Below, piece after piece: positions 1 through 8,320 of a DNA stretch of 64,000 bases. The notes under the pieces are model-generated. The model was not told the DNA's origin, made no database searches, and saw only the letters and a list, made by a program, of their open reading frames with translations. Made by a program: the position numbers and the translations under genes. The stretch is from an uncultured Anaerolineaceae bacterium (GTDB taxonomy: Bacteria > Chloroflexota > Anaerolineae > Anaerolineales > UBA4823), in assembly GCA_964354345.1 (NCBI GenBank), contig CAYGZL010000151.1, positions 25,869-89,868 of the forward strand. The letters are read 5' to 3'. Each line of letters begins with the position of its first letter. Positions within the stretch are counted from its first letter, which is position 1.

Positions 1-1759
1 TTGCGTCGGTTTGGGAGGCCGAGGCGATGGGTCGCTCTATGCCGGGTTGAGACGCGGTAGGTTCAAACTCAACCCAACCATATCCAGAAAAATAAACCTC
101 AGGCCAGGCGTGTGCATCACGCTGGAGTACCTGGTAGAAACCATTTGGCTGTCGTTCTCCTTGAGCATAGCCTAAAGCCCAGCGGGCAGGAATGCCGAGG
201 GATCGTAAGAGAATTACCTCCGCAGTCGCGTAGTAATTACAAAAGCCTTGTTTCAGATCGAACAGGAACCAGTCCATTATTTCCTGGTTGGGTGGTGGAG
301 ACGGGATTGTGCTTTCGTATTTAATTTTGGAACGCAGGTAGTCTGTGATGGCTTGCACTTTGTCATACTCATTGGTCAGGTTGGTTGTCAGGCTGCGTGC
401 CAGTTGAATTGTACGCTGCGTGATTGAGTCGGGAAGCTGAAGATAGCGTTGCTTGATCCACTCTGGATAGTCGGAATTGGCAGATCGTAAACTTGTGATG
501 GATGCCTGGCTTAGCGAGGCCTGTACCTGATAGAATTGACCCGCCTTCAAGGAAGGGATGGCCCGGAAGGATAAAAGATCGAGGGTCGAGTCGGGATTCT
601 TAGCATAATCAATTCGACCTGGTCGGCTGACCCAGATCGGTTGAGATGGGATAAACAGCGTTGTGACACGCGTATCCAGGAAAAATTGGAAGGTATTGAT
701 AAAGCGATCTTGTTCCGTGGGAACGACTTGGGGAGGGTTCTCTGGATCGAAGTTCTCTGAGCTGCTGATGGTGTTGGTCCACTGTCCGTTAGCGTATGTA
801 TCGTATACGTTCGCGCGCCAGTATAAGCGTACACCAGACGGGATATCGCTAGGAACCTGAACGTGGAATGTGGCTGAGTTCGGTAAGATACTGCCCCGTC
901 CCAGATTCATACTTGCGCCGTAATATACTGGTGCCGAAGCGGTCGTGGAACGTAACGGTGCTACAAAATTACTGGCTTGTTCTCGGAAACGGTCCCAGGC
1001 AGCCTGGACGGGTTGTGTAATACTTTCAATTGCTGGAAGGTTCTTCGCCAGGGCGGGGAGCGTCCATACCAGAGCGATGATAGTAACTGCGGCAATTACT
1101 CCATAACGGATGAAATCCAGACCGAGCTGGGGAGGTAAAGCTGTACGGGTTTGTTGCCATTTGCGGTGCATGCGCAAAAATGACGTACGGGCGACGAGAA
1201 CCAGGGAAAAGAACAGATATATTGCTAAATACCAAAGGCGCTGGCTCAATTGTTCGGGAGAGGTGTCATAATGGTTAATTACCAGTAGAGACAGACCTGT
1301 AGGCAGGATAGCAACCCACACATTACAATAGCGGGTGAGGATGTAGCCCGAGTGCAGGCTGAGAATCCAAAACAAAAGCGCCATCAGCACCACGAACAGG
1401 ATAGAATCCGTGACCGGTTGCTTACGGAATAGTTGATTTATAACTATATCCAGCCGGTCAATGGTTATGTATAACCGGTCGCCCCATTCTACATTTGGGG
1501 GTAAGGTTGTACCCACCTGCCAGGATACAAAGAACAATGTATAAGTAAGGCCGAACACTCCGGCTAGAAAAGGCGATAATTTACTCAGTCCTAAGGCTAC
1601 CCCCGCGATTAATCCCAGGACAACTAAATTTTGAGTGATGGACAGATCATCTGTCCAATGGGTGATGACCAGGCGTGAGGAGGCTGTAATTAAACCCACC
1701 AGTAAGAGCGTTGCTGCTGGCAAGTCCCACCAACGGGTCGGTTTATTAACGGGTGTCAT
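1..1759 (-). CDS. Transglutaminase-like polytopic membrane protein (TgpA-like); 3' end lies beyond the window
   Basis: A minus-strand frame is open from ATG (1759..1757) to the left edge. It is absent from the ORF track, presumably because there is no stop in the window; the two listed minus ORFs here are in the other two frames. My translation starts MTPVNKPTRWWDLPAATLLLVGL and has several N-terminal TM helices. It then shows transglutaminase-core motifs: GFCNYYATAEVILLRSLGIPAR ... DAHAWPEVYFSGYGWVEFEPT. Confidence 0.7.
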   Translation of the reverse strand, partial: MTPVNKPTRWWDLPAATLLLVGLITASSRLVITHWTDDLSITQNLVVLGLIAGVALGLSKLSPFLAGVFGLTYTLFFVSWQVGTTLPPNVEWGDRLYITIDRLDIVINQLFRKQPVTDSILFVVLMALLFWILSLHSGYILTRYCNVWVAILPTGLSLLVINHYDTSPEQLSQRLWYLAIYLFFSLVLVARTSFLRMHRKWQQTRTALPPQLGLDFIRYGVIAAVTIIALVWTLPALAKNLPAIESITQPVQAAWDRFREQASNFVAPLRSTTASAPVYYGASMNLGRGSILPNSATFHVQVPSDIPSGVRLYWRANVYDTYANGQWTNTISSSENFDPENPPQVVPTEQDRFINTFQFFLDTRVTTLFIPSQPIWVSRPGRIDYAKNPDSTLDLLSFRAIPSLKAGQFYQVQASLSQASITSLRSANSDYPEWIKQRYLQLPDSITQRTIQLARSLTTNLTNEYDKVQAITDYLRSKIKYESTIPSPPPNQEIMDWFLFDLKQGFCNYYATAEVILLRSLGIPARWALGYAQGERQPNGFYQVLQRDAHAWPEVYFSGYGWVEFEPTASQPGIERPIASASQTDA

Positions 1760-1875
1760 AATATCCACTAGGCCTTAAACAAGGGTATACCAACGCGATT
1801 AATTAACCATCTGGTTACCGTTAAGGTTCAGTCTGTGTGAGCCAATTATATTCAGTATAATATTAGATAATCTCT

Positions 1876-1905
1876 TTGTAGATTAAAATAATCTTATGGT
1901 ACAAT
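1876..1905 (+). promoter_or_regulatory. Putative sigma70-type promoter for nuoA (TTGTAG, 18 nt spacer, extended -10 TGgTACAAT)
   Basis: AT-rich divergent intergenic region 1760..1975. TGGTACAAT lies at 1897..1905 and TTGTAG at 1876..1881. This is a sequence-pattern call only. Confidence 0.3.
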
Positions 1906-1975
1906 GACTGGCGTTGATTTTCTGATGAAGATGATCAGCGGGCGGGTTTATTCTTGCTTATATTATTATTAAGGA

Positions 1976-2341
1976 GTGCTCATGCTGAAAGAACAATGGT
2001 TATTCATTGGTCTCTTTCTGGTCCTTGCCACTGTTTTCCCCGGCGTGGCGCTATTAATTCCTCGTTTAATCGCACCTCGAAAACCCAACCGAATAAAATC
2101 TCAAACGTACGAATGCGGTATCGAAACAGTAGGCGATAACTGGGTGCAATTTAAGATCCAATATTACATTTTCGCTTTGGTCTTTTTGATATTTGATGTA
2201 GAGACGGTTTTCCTTTATCCCTGGGCAGTAGCTTTAGGGGTTTTACCAATCTATGCGGTTATAGAAGGTGTGCTGTTCCTGGGCATCCTGTTTGCTGGCC
2301 TGGTCTACGCATGGCGCAAGGGCGCTTTGGAATGGGTCTAA
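1976..2341 (+). CDS. nuoA: NADH-quinone oxidoreductase subunit A
   Basis: A three-TM protein of about 120 aa with NuoA/ND3 motifs YECGIE and FDVETVFLYPWA. The likelier start is ATG 1982, 5 nt after AAGGAG (1971..1976). Confidence 0.9.
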   Translation: MLMLKEQWLFIGLFLVLATVFPGVALLIPRLIAPRKPNRIKSQTYECGIETVGDNWVQFKIQYYIFALVFLIFDVETVFLYPWAVALGVLPIYAVIEGVLFLGILFAGLVYAWRKGALEWV

Positions 2342-2366
2342 GCAGTGGTTAGTACAATTAAGCAGA

Positions 2367-2396
2367 GGCTGAAGGAAATAATTCTTTCAGCCTTTT
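2367..2396 (+). terminator. Intrinsic-terminator-like hairpin between nuoA and nuoH
   Basis: GGCTGAAGGAA-ATAA-TTCTTTCAGCC forms an 11-bp stem with 1 mismatch and a 4-nt loop. It is followed by TTTTAT and ends 24 nt before the nuoH ATG. Confidence 0.45.
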
Positions 2397-2419
2397 ATGT
2401 GTTGTAGAGGAGAGAACTT

Positions 2420-3628
2420 ATGGCTGATCCGGTCAACCTGATCGCAAACTGGTTATCCCAATTATTGCTCAGTTGGGGGTTGGCGCCAGACCTGGTCAAT
2501 TTTATCATGAAAATGATAGGCGTCCTTGTAATTGTAGTGTTTACCCTTGTGGTGGACATATTCCTGGTATGGGTCGAACGAAAAACCGTAGCCCGTTTCC
2601 AGGATCGGCTGGGTCCGAACCGTTTAGGTCCCTATGGGCTGGTGCAACCGATTGCGGATGTAATCAAACTGCTGATTAAAGAAGATATAACACCGATTGG
2701 CGCTGATAAATTTATTTTTAACCTGTCGCCGATCATTGCTTTGGCGACTGTGTTAATGCTTTGGGCAGTTATCCCGTTCGCTCCCACATTATTGGGAACC
2801 GATATTAATGTCGGTATTTTATATATCGTAGCGATTGGGGCGATCAGCACACTGGGCATTATCATGGCCGGATGGGCTTCTAATAACAAATTTGCTCTCC
2901 TGGGAGCCTTCCGAATGGTAGCCCAGATGGTCTCGTATGAAGTCCCAATGGTGATGATCTTATTAGTACCGGTAATATTAGCGCGTTCGATGGGGATCAA
3001 CGATATTGTTAACCAGCAAATGGTATGGTACATCGTTTATGTACCTGTGGCAGCTTTAATTTTCCTGATTACTTCTATAGCAGAAATTGGTCGTGCTCCT
3101 TTCGACCTGGCAGAAGCCGAGTCTGAGATTGTCGCTGGCTTTCATATCGAATATACTGGCATGAAATTCGGGTTGTTTTATGCGGGTGAACTGTTACATG
3201 CGCTGACCATTGGCGCATTGTTCGCCTCGTTATTTCTCGGGGGTTGGCGTGGTCCTTTTGTCGAGCAGGTGCCAATCTTGGGTGTCCTGTACCTGTTCAT
3301 CAAGGCCTTCTTTATATATTGGGTCATTATGTGGATTAAATATTCCCTTCCGCGCATCCGCATTGACCACATGTTGAATTTTAACTGGAAATTCTTAACG
3401 CCTCTGGCGATCGGATTGTTGGTTGTGGTCGCGATCCTGGATAAGCTCTTGCCGAAGAGTCCGGTGGCTATCTATGTCGGTGGAATGTTGCTTGCCAACC
3501 TGGTAATCGGGTGGGTGGCGCTTACTCTCGTACGACGATATGCACGCATCGAACGGAAGCGGGTGGGTGACACTCGTCCGGTGGCCACGCCGACTTCAGG
3601 GGTTAGTGGAACGACCAGTCAGGCATAA
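2420..3628 (+). CDS. nuoH: NADH-quinone oxidoreductase subunit H
   Basis: 402 aa, polytopic. NuoH/ND1 signatures RFQDRLGPNRLGPYGLVQPIADVIKLLIKED and EAESEIVAGFHIEYTGMKF. Strong SD GAGGAG upstream. Confidence 0.95.
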   Translation: MADPVNLIANWLSQLLLSWGLAPDLVNFIMKMIGVLVIVVFTLVVDIFLVWVERKTVARFQDRLGPNRLGPYGLVQPIADVIKLLIKEDITPIGADKFIFNLSPIIALATVLMLWAVIPFAPTLLGTDINVGILYIVAIGAISTLGIIMAGWASNNKFALLGAFRMVAQMVSYEVPMVMILLVPVILARSMGINDIVNQQMVWYIVYVPVAALIFLITSIAEIGRAPFDLAEAESEIVAGFHIEYTGMKFGLFYAGELLHALTIGALFASLFLGGWRGPFVEQVPILGVLYLFIKAFFIYWVIMWIKYSLPRIRIDHMLNFNWKFLTPLAIGLLVVVAILDKLLPKSPVAIYVGGMLLANLVIGWVALTLVRRYARIERKRVGDTRPVATPTSGVSGTTSQA

Positions 3629-3658
3629 TATATCTCGGTTATTGATCCTACACGGAGC

Positions 3659-4174
3659 GTGTTTATGGCCCCTGTCCAAATCTTGTTCATCCTGATCGCA
3701 GCTGCCACATTAGGTACTGCGCTGATGGTCGTGACAGCCCGCAATCTGGTCCATTCAGCTTTGTATCTGGTAGCAACCCTGTTTGGTGTGGCAATTCTAT
3801 TTGTCTTACTCAATGCGGGCTTTTTAGCGATTGCGCAGGTTGTGGTGTATATTGGCGCGATAGCGATCTTAATAATATTTGCGATCATGCTGACTCGCCG
3901 GCTGGCGCAGGACCGTGGTTCACAAATCAATAACAACTGGTTCTGGGCTGCGATCCTGGCGGGTTTGATGTTTGCCGGGTTGGCCTGGATGCTGAATGGT
4001 TGGTCAGGGTTCACCAGCCAGGCAGCGCCCCTCAGCCCGCATGTGGACCAGGTTTCTCAGTTGGGTAAAGCGTTGGTATCTCCTGATGCGTATGTTCTAC
4101 CGTTTGAACTCGCCTCGGTGCTGCTCCTGGCAGCGTTGATTGGGGCGATTGTTATTGCCTGGGAGAAGAAGTAG
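3659..4174 (+). CDS. nuoJ: NADH-quinone oxidoreductase subunit J
   Basis: 171 aa, five predicted TM segments. NuoJ/ND6-type VVYIGAIAILIIFAIML core. GTG at 3659 or ATG at 3665 as start. It follows nuoH after only 30 nt, so there is no room for nuoI. Confidence 0.9.
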   Translation: MFMAPVQILFILIAAATLGTALMVVTARNLVHSALYLVATLFGVAILFVLLNAGFLAIAQVVVYIGAIAILIIFAIMLTRRLAQDRGSQINNNWFWAAILAGLMFAGLAWMLNGWSGFTSQAAPLSPHVDQVSQLGKALVSPDAYVLPFELASVLLLAALIGAIVIAWEKK

Positions 4175-4183
4175 GAGGCGCGC

Positions 4184-4495
4184 ATGATCCCATTATCTTG
4201 GTTCCTGATTTTTTCTGCCGCTTTGTTCAGCATCGGTTTATTCGGCGTGCTGGCACGTAAGAATGCGATCGCTATCTTGATGGGGGTGGAGTTGATGCTG
4301 AACGCGGTGAATATTAACCTGGTTTCATTTTGGCGCTACCAGACTCCCGATCAGAGCATTGCTGGACAAGCCTGGGCGGTGATTGTATTTGCTGTTGCTG
4401 CGGCTGAAGTGGCAGTGGGCCTGGCGTTATTTATCTCGGTTTATCGCCGCCGGAATACTGTAGTGGCGGACGAAATTGATATGCTTAAAATGTAA
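4184..4495 (+). CDS. nuoK: NADH-quinone oxidoreductase subunit K
   Basis: 103 aa, 3 TM. NuoK/ND4L motifs GVELMLNAVNINLV and AAAEVAVGLAL. Confidence 0.9.
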   Translation: MIPLSWFLIFSAALFSIGLFGVLARKNAIAILMGVELMLNAVNINLVSFWRYQTPDQSIAGQAWAVIVFAVAAAEVAVGLALFISVYRRRNTVVADEIDMLKM

Positions 4496-4519
4496 ATTCC
4501 TCGCCCGTGAGGAGAACTT

Positions 4520-6733
4520 ATGGCGACTGAAACGATCATTTGGTTAATCCCCTTTCCGCCTTTACTGGCGTTTTTCTTGATTGTCTTGTTGACCAATCGC
4601 AACAGAGGCATCAGCCATACTTTGGCGATTGGCGCGGCTTTGCTTTCCTGGTTTGGCAGTATGGTTGTCTTTATCCGGGCATTGCAAACCGAGCATCTTG
4701 GCGAGAATCCTTTTGTCGCCTCGATCCCCTGGTTTCCGACAGGAATTTTACCCTCCGGAATAACGACCTGGCTCCAGATTGGCGTGCAAATCGATCCACT
4801 TTCAGCGGTCACGCTCTTTTTCGTTGCCTGGACGGTATTGATGATTTTCATCTATAGTGTCGGATACCACAATTATGGGCAACCTAAAGGCGACCACGAT
4901 CACCCAGGTTTACCTCCGCATGGGGCGACGGTAACGGATGCGCATGGCCATTCTCGCCAGGTGCCTTCGGTCGAGCCCATGTACTCTCGGTTTTTTGCTT
5001 TTATTGGGCTCTTCGCCTTTGGGATGTACCTGCTGGTGGTCTCGGATAATCTACTGACCCTCTTTGTGGGTTGGGAAATTATGGGCTTATGCTCTTACTT
5101 GCTGATCGGCTTTTGGTATGGCAAACCATCTGCCCGCGCCGCTATGATCAAGGCCTTCATCACCACCCGCGTCGGTGATGTATTCATGCTATTAGGCCTG
5201 GCTTACCTTTACTCAGCCACAGGCGCGGTTACTTCGACGGTTGGGACGCTTAACTATCGGGAAATATTTTATTCCGAGCATATGCTTAAGGCGCTGGCAT
5301 CTACCCCTTCAGGCGTGCTGGGTTTATCAGTCGCCGGATTAATTGGGATTTTGTTGTTTATCGGTGTCATCGGCAAGTCAGCGCAATGGCCGCTTCACGT
5401 GTGGTTGCCGGACGCAATGGAAGGACCGACTCCTGTGTCGGCCATGATCCATGCAGCAACCATGGTTTCTGCCGGCGTTTACATGGCCATCCGGATTTTC
5501 CCGCTGTTGTCATACGGCGCAACTGAAGGCCAGATGACTTCACCCATGGTGGTGATGGCTTTTATCGGCGCATTTACTGCTTTGTTTGCTGCGACGATCG
5601 CCCTGGCGCAAAATGATATTAAACGGGTTTTGGCCTATTCAACGATCTCCCAGTTGGGTTACATGATCGCCGCGTTGGGGATCGGTGCGTATGCCGCTGC
5701 CGCGTTCCATCTGTTCACGCATGCCTTCTTTAAAGCTTTACTGTTCTTAGGATCTGGCTCGGTGATCCACGGCATGGAGCATGGCGTTCTACATACCAAC
5801 GCGCATGTTGATCCGCAAAATATGCAGAATATGGGTGGCTTGCGTAAGAAAATGCCGGTCACTTTCTGGACTTTCTTGATTGGTGGCTTTGCCCTGTCTG
5901 GTTTTCCGTTAGTTACAGCCGGATTCTGGTCGAAGGATGAAATCCTGGCGGACGCCTTCGGCAATGGTCATTGGCTGGTTTTTGCTGCCCTGGCGCTTTC
6001 CGCCTTATTAACCGCCTTCTATACCATGCGCCAGATTACCCTCACTTTCCTGGGTGAGCCTCGTACATCAGCCGCCGAACATGCCCGGGAAACACCCTGG
6101 ACAATGACCTTACCTCTGCTTATCCTGGCCGTCTTTGCCATCGCAGCTGGTTGGATTGGCATTCCTGAAGGCCTGACCAATGGAGCAATACCCAATTGGT
6201 TGCACGAGTTTATTGGAGGGACACTTCTAGAGCCTCCGGCTAAGCTTGCATTCAATTATCTACCGATGGTAATCTCGGCAGTGATTGCCCTGACAGGTTT
6301 AGGGTTAGGGTATTGGGTGTACCGGAAGGTAAAGGCTGGCGCGCCTGATCCGCTACAAAAAGCTTTAGGTCCGGTTCATCGAGTGCTGCAAAACAAGTAT
6401 TATTTTGACGAATTGTATAACCTGGTTTTTGTCCGCCCGGCGATCTGGTTCTCCGAAGTCTTTACCTCGATTTGGATGGATCGTAAGGTGATTGATGGTT
6501 TCTTGCATGCTATCGCTGCTTCGGTCTTAGCTCTTGGTAACCTGTTTCGTAATTATATTGACAAACCGATTGTCAATGGATTCGGTGATGCTGTTGGGGA
6601 AAGCACCAAGCGGATGGGTCGCACTTTCCGGGTGATCCAGACTGGAAAAGTGCAGCAATATATGATCATGGCTTTGGTAGCAGTGGCAGCTTTTAGTGTC
6701 TTTTTCTATTATTTATTGGTCTACGCCCGGTAG
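4520..6733 (+). CDS. nuoL: NADH-quinone oxidoreductase subunit L (long form, 737 aa)
   Basis: NuoL/ND5 motifs LFVGWEIMGLCSYLLIGFWY, WLPDAMEGPTPVSAMIHAATMVSAGVY and AYSTISQLGYM. The C-terminal amphipathic helix region YYFDELYN...QTGKVQQY is followed by a final TM. Confidence 0.95.
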   Translation: MATETIIWLIPFPPLLAFFLIVLLTNRNRGISHTLAIGAALLSWFGSMVVFIRALQTEHLGENPFVASIPWFPTGILPSGITTWLQIGVQIDPLSAVTLFFVAWTVLMIFIYSVGYHNYGQPKGDHDHPGLPPHGATVTDAHGHSRQVPSVEPMYSRFFAFIGLFAFGMYLLVVSDNLLTLFVGWEIMGLCSYLLIGFWYGKPSARAAMIKAFITTRVGDVFMLLGLAYLYSATGAVTSTVGTLNYREIFYSEHMLKALASTPSGVLGLSVAGLIGILLFIGVIGKSAQWPLHVWLPDAMEGPTPVSAMIHAATMVSAGVYMAIRIFPLLSYGATEGQMTSPMVVMAFIGAFTALFAATIALAQNDIKRVLAYSTISQLGYMIAALGIGAYAAAAFHLFTHAFFKALLFLGSGSVIHGMEHGVLHTNAHVDPQNMQNMGGLRKKMPVTFWTFLIGGFALSGFPLVTAGFWSKDEILADAFGNGHWLVFAALALSALLTAFYTMRQITLTFLGEPRTSAAEHARETPWTMTLPLLILAVFAIAAGWIGIPEGLTNGAIPNWLHEFIGGTLLEPPAKLAFNYLPMVISAVIALTGLGLGYWVYRKVKAGAPDPLQKALGPVHRVLQNKYYFDELYNLVFVRPAIWFSEVFTSIWMDRKVIDGFLHAIAASVLALGNLFRNYIDKPIVNGFGDAVGESTKRMGRTFRVIQTGKVQQYMIMALVAVAAFSVFFYYLLVYAR

Positions 6734-6754
6734 GCCCGATTGTAGGAGCGAACG

Positions 6755-8317
6755 ATGGATTTCATCCTCCAACACCTGCTTACACTCATTTTGTTTACTC
6801 CTGTTATAGCGGCAGTGATCCTCATTCTTTTGCCCCGCGACCAGGATAACCTGATCCGGTGGACAGCCTTTGTCCTTAGTTTGATCCCCCTTGGGTTATC
6901 TGTGGTGTTATGGTTCCGCTTCATCCCAGATTACCAAGGCTTCCAATTTCAGGAAACATTTGTTTGGTATGCCGCGATTAATTCCTCATTCCATGTGGGC
7001 GTGGATGGCATATCTTTAACGATGGTGCTGCTTACCACCCTATTGACACCCCTGTCAATCCTGGCCTCATTTACTATCAAGGATCGAGTCAAGGCCTACA
7101 TGGTCTTATTCTTCCTGCTCGAGATGGGTATGTTGGGTGTCTTCCTGGCACTCGACCTGTTGATCTTTTTCGTCTTCTGGGAATTCGGTCTGGTACCGAT
7201 GTATTTCCTGATTAACCAATGGGGCAGTGAGAAAGGCGAACGGGAGATCTGGGGTGGGCATAAGGTGCCCGCGCGTATCTATGCCTCCTTTAAATTCATG
7301 ATTTACACCATGGCAGGCTCATTAGGATTGCTTTTAGCCATCCAAATGATCGGGATTACTGCTAAAACCTTTGACATGCTGGAGCTGTTCAAACAGTGGC
7401 CGTCTCTTAGCGGTACGTTGTTAGGTCTGCCGGTGACTACGGTCAAAGCGATCGCTTTCTGGGCCTTTGCGCTTGCCTTTGCCATCAAAGTACCAGTCTG
7501 GCCCTTCCACACCTGGCTTCCTGATGCCCATACCGAAGCTCCGACTGCCGGCTCAATGATCCTGGCAGGTGTGCTATTAAAACTTGGCGCTTATGGTTTT
7601 TTACGGTTGGTCTTACCTCTTTATCCAACGGAGGCAAAGTTTTATGCCGGTGCATTGGCAGTTCTGGCGGTTTTAGCGATTATCTTTGGCGCTTTAGCCT
7701 CTTTTGGGCAAAATGATTTTAAACGGCTGGTGGCTTATTCATCAGTCAACCATATGGGTTTTGTAGTGCTGGGCATCGCAGCAGCTGCTTTTGCGGTCGG
7801 TACAAAAAACGCTGGCGATGCTCAAATTGCACTCAACGGCGCAGTGCTGCAGATGTTTAATCATGGTTTATCCGCGGCAGGCATGTTCTTTCTGGTCGGT
7901 GTGATCTACGAACGCACCCACACGCGTAATTTAAAAGATTTTGGCGGCTTATTTCCGCTGATCCCTATCTATGGTGGCATTTTGATCTTTACTTCGATGG
8001 CCTCGCTCGGCTTGCCAGGCCTGAACGGTTTCGTTTCCGAATTCCTGGTCGTGCGAGGCTCCTGGCCGATCTTCACGTTGTATACCGCTCTGGCAATGAT
8101 TGGCTTATTCTTCACCGGCGCATATATCCTCAAAGCGATCAAAATGGTGTTGCACGGACCAGTGAACGAGCGATGGGTCGGGCAGCTAAGCGAAATTACT
8201 CCGCGCGAGGTCTTCGTGATTGCGCCATTGATGGTATTGATGCTGTGGATTGGCATCTGGCCAACCTGGATTTTGGAAATTATCAATCGTGCAGTGGGTG
8301 CTCTTTTCCTGAGGTGA
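6755..8317 (+). CDS. nuoM: NADH-quinone oxidoreductase subunit M (copy 1)
   Basis: 520 aa. Motifs FFVFWEFGLVPMYFLI, HTWLPDAHTEAPTAGSMILAGVLLKLGAYG and AYSSVNHMGFV. Confidence 0.9.
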   Translation: MDFILQHLLTLILFTPVIAAVILILLPRDQDNLIRWTAFVLSLIPLGLSVVLWFRFIPDYQGFQFQETFVWYAAINSSFHVGVDGISLTMVLLTTLLTPLSILASFTIKDRVKAYMVLFFLLEMGMLGVFLALDLLIFFVFWEFGLVPMYFLINQWGSEKGEREIWGGHKVPARIYASFKFMIYTMAGSLGLLLAIQMIGITAKTFDMLELFKQWPSLSGTLLGLPVTTVKAIAFWAFALAFAIKVPVWPFHTWLPDAHTEAPTAGSMILAGVLLKLGAYGFLRLVLPLYPTEAKFYAGALAVLAVLAIIFGALASFGQNDFKRLVAYSSVNHMGFVVLGIAAAAFAVGTKNAGDAQIALNGAVLQMFNHGLSAAGMFFLVGVIYERTHTRNLKDFGGLFPLIPIYGGILIFTSMASLGLPGLNGFVSEFLVVRGSWPIFTLYTALAMIGLFFTGAYILKAIKMVLHGPVNERWVGQLSEITPREVFVIAPLMVLMLWIGIWPTWILEIINRAVGALFLR

Positions 8318-8320
8318 ACC

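Noticed and set aside
2404-2424. The near-identical translation-initiation strings GAGGAG(AG)AACTTATGGC before nuoH (about 2407-2424) and nuoL (about 4507-4524), considered as a repeat element.
   Set aside because: Only ~16 nt are shared. They consist of an SD, a spacer and a start codon, which is explained by similar strong ribosome-binding sites rather than a mobile or regulatory repeat.
2632-4014. Long antisense ORFs inside nuoH/nuoJ (for example 2632..3033 and 3619..4014 on the minus strand). Similar ORFs lie opposite nuoL, nuoM and nuoN.
   Set aside because: They lie entirely opposite strongly supported, motif-rich genes. They have low-complexity, Arg/Pro/Ile-rich translations with no recognisable motifs. 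These are typical shadow ORFs.
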